64,000 nt of DNA, taken from assembly GCA_041583775.1 (NCBI GenBank), contig JBFHFF010000001.1:27528-91527 (forward strand), in the 5' to 3' direction. A program made the translations under genes and the position numbers. This DNA is from Candidatus Moraniibacteriota bacterium. Lineage in GTDB: Bacteria > Patescibacteriota > Minisyncoccia > Moranbacterales > DUUL01. The notes beneath the pieces are model-generated. The model was not told the origin of the DNA, did no database searches, and worked only from the letters and a program-made list of their open reading frames with translations. Below, piece by piece: positions 9,881 to 18,444 of the stretch (its first letter is position 1; the number at the start of each line of letters is the position of its first letter).

Positions 9881-10060
9881 TTATTTTCCCAAAAACTCCT
9901 TAATCCTAATTCTCTTCTTTTCTGTTAATCTTTTTCTTGCTTTGAGCTCTCTTGAAGAGAGCTCATTAGCAGCTAAGTGCCCTCCTCCTTTCAATGCGCA
10001 CATTTTTCTTTCTGCATTGGCAATTTTAATTTCCATCTTTCTTTTGGCCTTTCTGGACAT
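9881..10060 (-). CDS. Small, strongly basic hypothetical protein (59 aa), not in the ORF track
   Basis: ATG preceded by GGAGGG with 5 nt spacing; MSRKAKRKMEIKIANAERKMCALKGGGHLAANELSSRELKARKRLTEKKRIRIKEFLGK; two hairpins downstream; sits in a 1 kb non-coding island. Confidence 0.45.
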   Translation of the reverse strand: MSRKAKRKMEIKIANAERKMCALKGGGHLAANELSSRELKARKRLTEKKRIRIKEFLGK

Positions 10061-10451
10061 TGAACCCTCCTTTTTTTAAAAAAATCACCCTACTCGTTTT
10101 GACCTAATTGCAATTTTGCAATTTAAGCCAGGAAAAAAACGCAATTAACTTACGCTCTATTCCAGACTTAGGTCGTTTTTAAAAAACTAATCATTAAATC
10201 TACTAACACCACCAACCTTCCTTATCAAAAAGGTTACTACTTAGAAAAACACTACTTTGTCCACAATTATACAAATATGTCAATATTTGTCAACAAAATT
10301 TATCAAAAAAACAAATTTACTAGCCCAAATTTATTTTAAAAATGGAACACCTTTATTCATTTTTTAGCTCATTTTTAATAACAAAAGAAATCATTGAACT
10401 TCTATGTTTCAAAAAATAAAGCTATTTTTTTACTTTTTTGAGCATCAATAA

Positions 10452-10488
10452 ACAAAAAACCCACGCCGGTATGCAAACCAGCGTGGGT
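10452..10488 (-). terminator. Intrinsic terminator after the Cys-rich gene pair
   Basis: cccacgc ... gcgtggg stem followed by a U-run on the minus strand. Confidence 0.7.
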
Positions 10489-10515
10489 ATATTCAAGGTT
10501 GATAAATTCAGAGTT

Positions 10516-10773
10516 CTAAATTAAAGAACTAGGAGGCTCTGGATGAATAATCGCCCTCCTGCCAATTCCTAAAAAGTTTTTATCTTTCTTTGTTTCACTA
10601 ACAAAGAAGGTGCATCCAGGAAACTTACCTTTAGTCCTAGCTGCAATAACCGGGCAAGTTCCGTTCACTATCATTCCCTTACAATTGCCCTCACTCAATG
10701 CACTGTTTTGACAATCTGGTACTACGGCTATCTCAATTTTTACTTCCAACAATTGATCTTCTACCTTAGGCAT
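10516..10773 (-). CDS. Cys-rich hypothetical protein (85 aa), paralog of the upstream gene
   Basis: Start MPKVEDQ with AAGAGGA SD; four Cys spaced C-x9-C-x8-C(P)-x13-C including a GTCP motif. Confidence 0.65.
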   Translation of the reverse strand: MPKVEDQLLEVKIEIAVVPDCQNSALSEGNCKGMIVNGTCPVIAARTKGKFPGCTFFVSETKKDKNFLGIGRRAIIHPEPPSSLI

Positions 10774-10833
10774 AATTAATTTCCTCTTTTGATTTAAAAT
10801 AATAATGATTGGAATCAAAAACTCTAAAAAACG

Positions 10834-11352
10834 TTAATAAACATTCTCCTTTTCTCTTAATGAATCAATTCTCAAACCATCAATTTTTTTCTCTGCATTT
10901 AACCCAGCGAAAATATCGTAGTCCTTATATCTCTCAACTACAATGCCTTCCTTATCCAAATGATAAATAACGAAGACTAGCCCAAAAAGATTCTTTACTG
11001 TAGAGCATAGGCTGTCCAATAGGAATTCATCGGATTTTTTTTCATCAATCCTCTCAATATCACCAATGATAAGAAAATCACCTCCGATACTACCAACGAC
11101 AGCTCCAAAACCAATCGGAATTTTTTGGGAGAATTTTTGAGCAATCTCTTTAAGCTTGGAAAAATCAGGTTTATTCGTTTTTTTCACAACAGCCTCCTTC
11201 ATTTTAAAAATTCTAGACCGAACTGTTTTGCATCGATCTGTAGGTCTTACTATGCCAGCAGAAATAGGACAAGTTCCATCAAGGACAGAATCGAAACACT
11301 TTTCTGTTCCTTGCTCTTCAATAAATGGACAATTAACTACTAATTGCAACAT
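10834..11352 (-). CDS. Cys-rich hypothetical protein (172 aa): N-terminal 4-Cys domain plus about 120 aa C-terminal domain
   Basis: GGAGG SD 8 nt upstream; NCPF..C..DGTCP..C signature shared with the downstream paralog. Confidence 0.7.
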   Translation of the reverse strand: MLQLVVNCPFIEEQGTEKCFDSVLDGTCPISAGIVRPTDRCKTVRSRIFKMKEAVVKKTNKPDFSKLKEIAQKFSQKIPIGFGAVVGSIGGDFLIIGDIERIDEKKSDEFLLDSLCSTVKNLFGLVFVIYHLDKEGIVVERYKDYDIFAGLNAEKKIDGLRIDSLREKENVY

Positions 11353-11493
11353 AGCAAATTCCTCCCCAGAAATTAGATGTAATTAAGTGCTTTAAGTAAT
11401 TACACAGCGACTTGAAATACTTACAAAAATATTTTAACTATAAAGCTAAAATAAATAGACCCCTAAATCCCTTACCACCTTGAATTTCAAAGA

Positions 11494-11530
11494 ACAAAAA
11501 ACTGACCTCGTTTGGAGGTCAGTTTATTTT
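11494..11530. terminator. Bidirectional intrinsic terminator hairpin
   Basis: ctgacctc-gtttg-gaggtcag with an A-run before and a T-run after. Confidence 0.7.
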
Positions 11531-11545
11531 TATTGGTAAAGTTTC

Positions 11546-11650
11546 CTAATTCATCTTTTTACCCACAAAAACAAAACGACCTCCTGAAATCAGTAGGAGC
11601 AAGATGCTCAAAATCACAGCATAAATTGTTTTCACGGATTGTTTTTTCAT
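11546..11650 (-). CDS. Possible small hydrophobic peptide (34 aa)
   Basis: MKKQSVKTIYAVILSILLLLISGGRFVFVGKKMN; no SD; terminator follows; could be spurious. Confidence 0.2.
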   Translation of the reverse strand: MKKQSVKTIYAVILSILLLLISGGRFVFVGKKMN

Positions 11651-11697
11651 ATAAAATTATTTTATATCTTTTATTATTTTTGTCAACAGGCAAGACA

Positions 11698-11723
11698 TTG
11701 ACATATGCATTCAAATATATAAT
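11698..11723 (+). promoter_or_regulatory. Possible promoter for miaA
   Basis: ttgaca at 11698-11703 and tataat at 11718-11723, but the 14 nt spacer is suboptimal. Confidence 0.25.
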
Positions 11724-11765
11724 AGTTAGCTTAAATAATAAATCTATTTCTATAAAAATATCTCG

Positions 11766-12698
11766 ATGGAAAAACCAAAAGTTATTGTGATCCTAGGACC
11801 AACCTCTTCTGGAAAATCAGATATAGCAATTTCATTGGCAAAAGAGTTTGATGGTGAAGTCATTTCAGCAGACTCAAGGCAGATATATAGAGATATGAAT
11901 CTAGGAACGGGAAAAGTTGAGGGTGAATGGCGAATTGTAGCAGAAAATCCTACAAAAAAAGCATTCTATTCTGAAGAAATTCCACACCATTTATTAGACT
12001 TTCGCTCTCCGCGCGGAGAGTATAATATCTCTCATTTCAAAAAAGATTGCGAGGGGAAAATAAAAGAAATCTCATCCCGAGAAAAATTGCCGATTATTTG
12101 TGGTGGAACTGGATTCTGGATTGATGCGGTTGTTAATGGTATTGTTTTGCCCCAAGTCAAGCCCGATATTGTCTTGCGAAAAAAACTTGAAACTAAAACA
12201 ACTGGATTTTTAGTTAAAGAATTACAAAGATTGGATAGAAATAGAGCTAACCACATAGACCAGAAAAACAGAGTGCGTCTTATTAGAGCAATTGAAATTG
12301 CAACAAAATTAGGAAAAGTTCCAGTACTAAAAACTAAAACTACTTCCTGTTTCGAATTTTTGGAAATTGGAATTGATTGGCCACAAAAAAAATTAGATGA
12401 AAAAATAAAAAAACGCTTAACAAAGCGTTGGCAATCAGGGATGGTTGGTGAAGTTCAAAATTTAAAAAATAAATATAATCTCAGTTGGAAAAAAATCCAA
12501 TCATTTGGTCTTGGTTATTTTTGGATACCCCTTTTTATAAACCAAGAAATCACAGAGAAAGAACTGACAGAGCGTGTCTTTATCGCAGAAAGAGGCTATG
12601 CGAAAAGACAAAGAACTTGGCTTTCTAGAAACAAAAAAATTATCTGGGAAAATAACTTGGACAAAATCAAAGAACTTGTTGAAAATTTCTTAAAATAA
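11766..12698 (+). CDS. miaA: tRNA dimethylallyltransferase
   Basis: P-loop GPTSSGKS and SADSRQIYRDMNLGTGK. Confidence 0.9.
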   Translation: MEKPKVIVILGPTSSGKSDIAISLAKEFDGEVISADSRQIYRDMNLGTGKVEGEWRIVAENPTKKAFYSEEIPHHLLDFRSPRGEYNISHFKKDCEGKIKEISSREKLPIICGGTGFWIDAVVNGIVLPQVKPDIVLRKKLETKTTGFLVKELQRLDRNRANHIDQKNRVRLIRAIEIATKLGKVPVLKTKTTSCFEFLEIGIDWPQKKLDEKIKKRLTKRWQSGMVGEVQNLKNKYNLSWKKIQSFGLGYFWIPLFINQEITEKELTERVFIAERGYAKRQRTWLSRNKKIIWENNLDKIKELVENFLK

Positions 12699-12706
12699 AC
12701 AAAAAA

Positions 12707-12738
12707 ACACATCCTCGGGCAAGAGGATGTGTTTTTTA
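12707..12738 (+). terminator. Intrinsic terminator after miaA
   Basis: acacatcctc-gggcaa-gaggatgtgt followed by tttttt. Confidence 0.8.
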
Positions 12739-12940
12739 AAACCACCTTTTTACAAGCAGTTTGGGTTGTCTAAAGAACTATTAAAGTCGTCACCACATCT
12801 CTGTTTCTATTTAGAAATAAAAATTATTCAGAGATGTTTTTATTATAACAAAATAAGCCTGAAAATTTCATAAAATTTTTATGAAATTTTTATGAAATTA
12901 ACCTTTCTCCAATTTAAATTTCGTTTAGATTATTATCTAT

Positions 12941-12982
12941 ATAAAAAAGAAGTGGTCCAAGGAGAATCCCTCAAACCACTTT
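12941..12982 (-). terminator. Intrinsic terminator after the TA-like pair
   Basis: aagtggt ... accactt stem; A-run on plus equals U-run on minus. Confidence 0.5.
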
Positions 12983-13026
12983 TGAAAATTTTTCCCTACG
13001 GAAAGAAAAAGAACTCTCTAAAAATT

Positions 13027-13224
13027 TTAATTCACTTCCGTGACTAATTTAGTACAAGCATGCAATAAGTATCTTTTCTCTGTTTTTGTATGGCTATCAT
13101 TATTAAATCGAACCTTGATCATTTTATATTGAGGACCACAATAACCACCCTCTATTTCAACAACCACACCACCTTTAAATTTGTCCCCTATTTTTAACCC
13201 AAGAAATTTATCTTCATCAGTCAT
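13027..13224 (-). CDS. Small protein, putative DUF2283-like antitoxin partner
   Basis: 65 aa, immediately downstream (10 nt gap) of the DUF4258-like gene; assignment is by context plus weak similarity. Confidence 0.45.
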   Translation of the reverse strand: MTDEDKFLGLKIGDKFKGGVVVEIEGGYCGPQYKMIKVRFNNDSHTKTEKRYLLHACTKLVTEVN

Positions 13225-13234
13225 AAAACCTCCA

Positions 13235-13570
13235 TCAACTATTTTGGTGTTTATAAATTTCCATCCAAGCTTCTTCTGGAATAAAAATCTCTTTATTTTT
13301 TGGACTTTCTCCAGGGAAAATCCAAGTTGAAATTATTTTTTTCTTCCCTTTTTCAAATTGATACATCACCCAAGTTTCTTTTGTGCTAGATTTCCCTACT
13401 TTACGACGCATAGATGCTACAGTATTTTCAGCGATTCCTTCCTCCTTTCTGTCTGGGAAACGAATAACTCTCTTTATCACATTTGCACCGATTGAGTACT
13501 GAATCATCTTTCTTTTAGAGTGACTTGTCCAATAATAATTTCTATCATTCTTTGGGAATTTAAAATCCAT
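13235..13570 (-). CDS. DUF4258-family protein (putative toxin)
   Basis: YWTSHSKRKMIQYSI fits the DUF4258 signature W-x-x-H-A-x-x-R-M-x-x-R-x-I. Confidence 0.5.
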   Translation of the reverse strand: MDFKFPKNDRNYYWTSHSKRKMIQYSIGANVIKRVIRFPDRKEEGIAENTVASMRRKVGKSSTKETWVMYQFEKGKKKIISTWIFPGESPKNKEIFIPEEAWMEIYKHQNS

Positions 13571-13591
13571 TTTACAAATTTTAATATAAAA

Positions 13592-14068
13592 CTAATTACC
13601 AAAATCAATCAAATCCCCTATATTAATATTGTTTTTTCTAACCCAATCAGCATTAACCTCCAACACCTTGTCATATTCCATACCACCCTTTATTGAACCA
13701 TTATATCGATAGGAAACCCTTTTTGCAATATCAACAACCTTATTCCCTTCAATAAAAATAAAATCTAAATCAAATCTCATATTTCTCATAGAATAGCCAT
13801 GTTGAGCTGATTGTTCATGCACAAAAAGCATTCCCTCATCACTACCCATATGTTCTATATCACTCAAACCTTTAAATCTCGAGCTCTCATCAGAAGAAAC
13901 CTGAACTGTGAGTGGAACTTTATTAATCTTTATCAACTGAGACTCTCCTTTTTCATTTATTTTAGTACTATTGCTATCGGAATTATTTGAAACTTTCTGG
14001 ATCATAAAAAAAACAAACCCAACGATAACAAATACCAAAAAAATATAATCCTTAATTTTTAATTTCAT
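13592..14068 (-). CDS. DUF192 (COG1430) family protein with N-terminal TM anchor
   Basis: Family-like residues MLFV ... MRNMRFDLDFIFI ... VLEVNADW. Confidence 0.6.
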   Translation of the reverse strand: MKLKIKDYIFLVFVIVGFVFFMIQKVSNNSDSNSTKINEKGESQLIKINKVPLTVQVSSDESSRFKGLSDIEHMGSDEGMLFVHEQSAQHGYSMRNMRFDLDFIFIEGNKVVDIAKRVSYRYNGSIKGGMEYDKVLEVNADWVRKNNINIGDLIDFGN

Positions 14069-15077
14069 TTTTTTTATTTTTAGCTAATTTATTTGAAATA
14101 TTTTTAATAAAAAATACTAAACATAGAATTTCAATCAAAACAACTCCCAATTTCCAATTTCTTGATTCCATCATAAAAGAAAAACAAAGTGTTAATGAAA
14201 TAAATATAAAATAATAAGAAACTATTTTGACATCCGACCATCCACAAGCTCTCAACTTGTAATGTAAATGTCTTTTGTCTTTTTTTGTTATTGGCAGATT
14301 ATTTTGCCACCTCTCTATTACAACCCAAATAAAATCAACAAGTGGAATAATTAATACTATCAAAATTGTTGCAATTTTTGTGCCAGCCATTATAGCAGTT
14401 GTGGCTAAAAAAAATCCAATTGCATAGCTACCACTAGTCCCTGCCTCAATTTTTCCTTTTGGAAAATTATTCCACCAAAAACCAAGAATTGCTCCAATAA
14501 AAATAAGTGCCAAAATTGCAATTGCCGGTTGGTTCACATCCTGCGTCAAACTAATCCAAAATAAGGCAATCCCGCCTAAAAGTCCAACTACACCAGAAAG
14601 GCCATTTATTCCATCAGCCCAATTTACTGAATTTATAATCATCAAAAACCATACCAGTACAAAAATAAAACCAAAGAACGAAAAACGAAAATTCCAAATT
14701 TCAAATAAAATTGTATCAATCCGAAAAACCTTCTCAAAAGGACCAACAAAATAATCCACCGAAAAAGAAAACATTACCACCAAAAAAAGAACTAGGATAA
14801 CTTGAAATAACAATTGGTATTTCCAAGACAAATTTAAAATATCATCAAGAATGCCAAAGATTAGGATTGCTACTAATCCAAAAATCAAACCCTTAATTGC
14901 TATAGTAGTCTCTATTTGAGAACTGGCTAAAATAATTACTAACAAGGGAACAGCAACTGCAATTCCCCCAAATCTTCTAACAAAACCCATCCTTGTTTTG
15001 CTTTGGAAAAAGCTAATAGAAAAGGATATTCCCGCGCTCATCAAAACTGCACCTAAAAAATATATTGCCCAACCCAT
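14052..15077 (-). CDS. Glycosyltransferase family 4 (MraY/WecA-like polyprenyl-phosphate N-acetylhexosamine-1-phosphate transferase)
   Basis: Polytopic; DDxxN-like ILDDILNL and DGINGLSG motifs. Confidence 0.75.
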   Translation of the reverse strand: MGWAIYFLGAVLMSAGISFSISFFQSKTRMGFVRRFGGIAVAVPLLVIILASSQIETTIAIKGLIFGLVAILIFGILDDILNLSWKYQLLFQVILVLFLVVMFSFSVDYFVGPFEKVFRIDTILFEIWNFRFSFFGFIFVLVWFLMIINSVNWADGINGLSGVVGLLGGIALFWISLTQDVNQPAIAILALIFIGAILGFWWNNFPKGKIEAGTSGSYAIGFFLATTAIMAGTKIATILIVLIIPLVDFIWVVIERWQNNLPITKKDKRHLHYKLRACGWSDVKIVSYYFIFISLTLCFSFMMESRNWKLGVVLIEILCLVFFIKNISNKLAKNKKNEIKN

Positions 15078-15095
15078 TTATCTAAGATTGAATTT

Positions 15096-16835
15096 TTATT
15101 TACCCTCTTCTTTAACCTCTTTATCTTTCTTAATAATTTTTTCTGTAACCCAAAATTCACCCATATATTTTCCAAGCATAATCTTTGTTTGTGCGTGGAC
15201 TGCTGGTGCTGCACCTAAAAATGGCGCAATAACTGGTGCCAAAAACCACTGAAAAAACATATTTGCATAACGCTTTCTGGAATATCTTGCTGGTTTTGGT
15301 GGCATTAAAAGGAAGCTCAAAAACATAGAAACGACTAATCCTGTCATTGCCAATGTCATCAAATATCTAGTCACATATGGCAAGTTATGTGCCAGAGTTG
15401 TTTCGCTAAATCTTTCTCCTCCGAAAATTAAAGGCAACCAACCCAAAATAGCAAGAACAAAAGAAGCTGTTGCCCAACTATGATGCCCTTCCAACATCGT
15501 AAACATATGTTTAAATTTCTTACTAGTTTTAATTTTTTTATTTCTAATAAAAGCTCGTCCCAACAGGGGAAGGTTTTCAATTCCATATGCCCAACGATGT
15601 TTTTGTTTGTACTGATTTTTGATTGTGTGCCAATAATCATTTCCAAGCACAGCATCCAAAGAAACTGGCAAATAAATAGGCTTCACTTGATAGTCACCAT
15701 CAAAATAATCGTATGCCTTCCAATAAATAACGGAGTCTTCAGATATAACATTAACGGGCCAATAATCAACATCTACTATTGTTTTAAATGCTTCTGAATG
15801 CGAAGAAAAAGTTACCATATGATCTGGCCTCATTGATTCAACCATATGCCAAAATGATGATCCTGTAACAATAACTCTTACTGGGGCGATAGTATCCCAA
15901 AGATTATTGTGATACATCGGTAATGGTTGGTATGCAAAATTCAGCCTTCGTGGCTCAGTTACATATGCATAAGTTAAAGCCGCTAGATATTCTGGGTGAA
16001 TTTGTGTATCACAATCAAAATTAGATAAAACAACACTTTCCAATGGAATATTTTTCTTTTCTAAATATTTTTTCAATTCCTTTGCCGCATAAGTTGTATT
16101 CGCAGCTTTACACTTCATTTCATTACCTTTAACCTCGTGAACGGTAACAATAATATCCATAAAAGTGTCTTTGTACTTGTCTAATAATATTTTCTTTTTT
16201 TCCTCCCGCTTAGCCAAATCTTCTCGTTCCTCCATTGCAAGAAGAATAATAATCTTATCGGTTGGATAATTTGAATTTTTTACAGCTTCAACAGCAGGAA
16301 CAATAATTCCAGCCTCTTCATTGGCAGTTGGAAGCATAATAACATGATACACTTCCTCCCAAGGCAAAAAATGTTCCCTGTTTTTCAAATCAGCCTGTGC
16401 TCGTATAAGAAAATTACCTCTCTCAAGAATTTTCTGTTTCAGTTCTTTCCGCTCTTTTCGCTCCATTTTTCCCTCGCTGAGTTCTTTTTTTAATTTTTCA
16501 ATTTCAGCCTTTAACTCATCAACCAATGAATCTCCCTTGAAAATTGCCTCCAGTCTATGAAACCAATCGATTTTTTTCCAACGACTCAATTTCCTATATG
16601 CTATAATCGAATAAATTGAAATATAGATTGTTCTATAAATCCAATAGATATCAAAAAGAATAATAAAAATTGCTACCCAAACTGGAACAATCCAAGAAAA
16701 AATAAACATCCCTAGCAATGTAAACCAACAAAAAAATCCTGGCAAAATTTCAAAAAAGCGTTGCCATTTTCTTTCTTTTGGATTGGTGGTCTTTGGGTCT
16801 GGATATGCCCAGTTTTTTTTATAAACTTCACTCAT
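15096..16835 (-). CDS. Glycosyltransferase family 2, processive (cellulose/chitin synthase-like) with N-terminal TM and coiled-coil segment
   Basis: D,D,D35Q(R/Q)xRW-type motif KQKHRWAYG; TM helices at both ends. Confidence 0.75.
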   Translation of the reverse strand: MSEVYKKNWAYPDPKTTNPKERKWQRFFEILPGFFCWFTLLGMFIFSWIVPVWVAIFIILFDIYWIYRTIYISIYSIIAYRKLSRWKKIDWFHRLEAIFKGDSLVDELKAEIEKLKKELSEGKMERKERKELKQKILERGNFLIRAQADLKNREHFLPWEEVYHVIMLPTANEEAGIIVPAVEAVKNSNYPTDKIIILLAMEEREDLAKREEKKKILLDKYKDTFMDIIVTVHEVKGNEMKCKAANTTYAAKELKKYLEKKNIPLESVVLSNFDCDTQIHPEYLAALTYAYVTEPRRLNFAYQPLPMYHNNLWDTIAPVRVIVTGSSFWHMVESMRPDHMVTFSSHSEAFKTIVDVDYWPVNVISEDSVIYWKAYDYFDGDYQVKPIYLPVSLDAVLGNDYWHTIKNQYKQKHRWAYGIENLPLLGRAFIRNKKIKTSKKFKHMFTMLEGHHSWATASFVLAILGWLPLIFGGERFSETTLAHNLPYVTRYLMTLAMTGLVVSMFLSFLLMPPKPARYSRKRYANMFFQWFLAPVIAPFLGAAPAVHAQTKIMLGKYMGEFWVTEKIIKKDKEVKEEGK

Positions 16836-16843
16836 AAATAAAA

Positions 16844-17317
16844 TTAGTTAACAAATAATATCGCTAATGAATAAACAAAAATTGCTACTTGTGTCAAAAA
16901 ACCTCCAACTACAATCAAATTGCTCCCCAATAAATTAGCATCTATCGATGCCAATGACTCTTCGTGTTTTTCTGCATCTTTTATATCAATTGGAGTTGAT
17001 AAATACAAAAGAATTCCTGCCAGAAAAATGTCTAAAACTAAAACCCCTATACCACCCACAGGAACTAAAAACAGATCAGGATAAAGCCCTTCCGTAGCAT
17101 TTAACATTAAATCTATTCCGAGATATGCATTATAATGAAGAATGATAATTTCTTGATTAAGTTTTGTTAATTGCCATAAGACAATCCAAGATATAGCATT
17201 CAATAATATCCCACCATAAATGAAAAAAGCCGAAAATTTCCTACCCCAAAACAACTTTAAAAAAATATCTTTACAGTCTTCTTTTATTTCCCCTATTTTA
17301 GCAAAAAAATCTTTCAT
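16844..17317 (-). CDS. Hypothetical membrane protein
   Basis: Four predicted TM helices; no recognisable motif. Confidence 0.5.
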   Translation of the reverse strand: MKDFFAKIGEIKEDCKDIFLKLFWGRKFSAFFIYGGILLNAISWIVLWQLTKLNQEIIILHYNAYLGIDLMLNATEGLYPDLFLVPVGGIGVLVLDIFLAGILLYLSTPIDIKDAEKHEESLASIDANLLGSNLIVVGGFLTQVAIFVYSLAILFVN

Positions 17318-17344
17318 TAAAATTTATTCAACAATCTAACCATT

Positions 17345-17968
17345 TTAAGATTTTTTATTACGCTTCATTTGAAGGACTTCTTTTTGCATATTATTCAAAA
17401 TAATTTCATGTGGTGCCTCCAAAAGCTCAGTGATAAATTTATCAAACATATTCACCCTGTACTTAAATTCAGATGTACTCATCAAAGAATAGTTGATCTC
17501 TCTACCCATCTCGGCCTCTAAATCTTCTAATAAATGTTTTAATTTAGCCTTTGAGATTAAATCTCCAACCACCAAAAGATCTGTCTTGGATTTTGAATTA
17601 TCAACAAAAACACCAGATATTAAACTAAGCTGAACCTCTCCTAGACTTTGAATCTTCCCTAAACTTTCACATTGAGGATAAAGATTTGATTTAATTACAA
17701 CTGTTTTCAATTCATGCACAAAAGAGAATTTCTTATTCAAAAAATAAAGCTTCTTAGCTTCTTTTCCCTCTTTGCTTTGAGTGCTTAAAAAACCAGCCTT
17801 AACCAATTGAGCTAAGATTCCCGCAATCTTTCTGCCATCAACCTTATTCCTTAGTGCCACCTCACTGTTTGTGAACTTCTCTTCGGAATTAAGTAAAAAC
17901 ATCTTAATCAAACGCCATCTCTCCCTCGAACCGAACAGAGCTTCTAGTGAATTTTTCATCGTAACCAT
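17345..17968 (-). CDS. Winged-helix plus minimal nucleotidyltransferase-fold protein
   Basis: GS..G..(x)..SKTDLLVVGD matches the MNT-fold hG[GS]...D.DLLV signature; N-terminal wHTH-like region. Confidence 0.5.
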   Translation of the reverse strand: MVTMKNSLEALFGSRERWRLIKMFLLNSEEKFTNSEVALRNKVDGRKIAGILAQLVKAGFLSTQSKEGKEAKKLYFLNKKFSFVHELKTVVIKSNLYPQCESLGKIQSLGEVQLSLISGVFVDNSKSKTDLLVVGDLISKAKLKHLLEDLEAEMGREINYSLMSTSEFKYRVNMFDKFITELLEAPHEIILNNMQKEVLQMKRNKKS

Positions 17969-18026
17969 TGTATCAATAAATAATTTATATCATATCATTA
18001 AAACATTTAAAATACACTCTTGTCAA

Positions 18027-18407
18027 TCAAAAACGGATATATTTAATATGTTTGATGTGCGTTCTCTCTTTGTATGAATCAATAATAACTGAAATCGCAT
18101 CAATTCTCCAGTTAACATCCCATTTCTTTTCCCTAGACAGAAACCAATTTATAGCTTTATTTATACGCTCTATCTTTTTCTTTGTAATATTCTCTTCCGG
18201 AACAACATATTCTTTATTACCTTTTCTTGTTTTCACTTCCACAAAAACTAACTGATCATTTTTCACATCTTTAGCAATAATATCAATCTCACCTATACAA
18301 TATCCTTTTTTATTAAAATAATTCAATGCAATAATTTCAAATCCTTGGGCAACCAGATAGTTAGCAGCAATTTTTTCACCAATTTCTCCAATGCCACCAC
18401 TTTTCAT
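18027..18407 (-). CDS. YraN family (UPF0102) endonuclease
   Basis: GEIDIIA..(x)..VFVEVKTR pattern of the PD-(D/E)xK YraN family. Confidence 0.8.
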   Translation of the reverse strand: MKSGGIGEIGEKIAANYLVAQGFEIIALNYFNKKGYCIGEIDIIAKDVKNDQLVFVEVKTRKGNKEYVVPEENITKKKIERINKAINWFLSREKKWDVNWRIDAISVIIDSYKERTHIKHIKYIRF

Positions 18408-18444
18408 TATTTTTGATTTGAAAAATTAAAGGATAAATTCCACA

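Noticed and set aside
10257-10265. DnaA-box-like TTGTCCACA in the 1 kb non-coding island
   Set aside because: A single copy with no cluster of boxes, and dnaA is not adjacent. Insufficient to call oriC.
9495-10515. Possible SRP RNA, tmRNA or RNase P RNA in the long intergenic region
   Set aside because: I found none of the conserved motifs by eye: GGAAGCAGC and a GNRA helix for SRP, the tRNA-like end GGUUCGA..CCA for tmRNA, or AGGAAAGUCCGGGC for RNase P.
10774-10818. Upstream in-frame extension (MIPIIIILNQKRKLI) of the 85 aa Cys-rich gene
   Set aside because: A strong SD sits in front of the internal MPKV start instead.
11512-11790. 92 aa plus-strand ORF overlapping the miaA start
   Set aside because: No SD, low-complexity hydrophobic sequence, and it overlaps the miaA promoter and start.
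12860-12905. CRISPR array
   Set aside because: Only two copies of an 11 nt unit without spacers. No CRISPR-like repeat-spacer array anywhere in the window.
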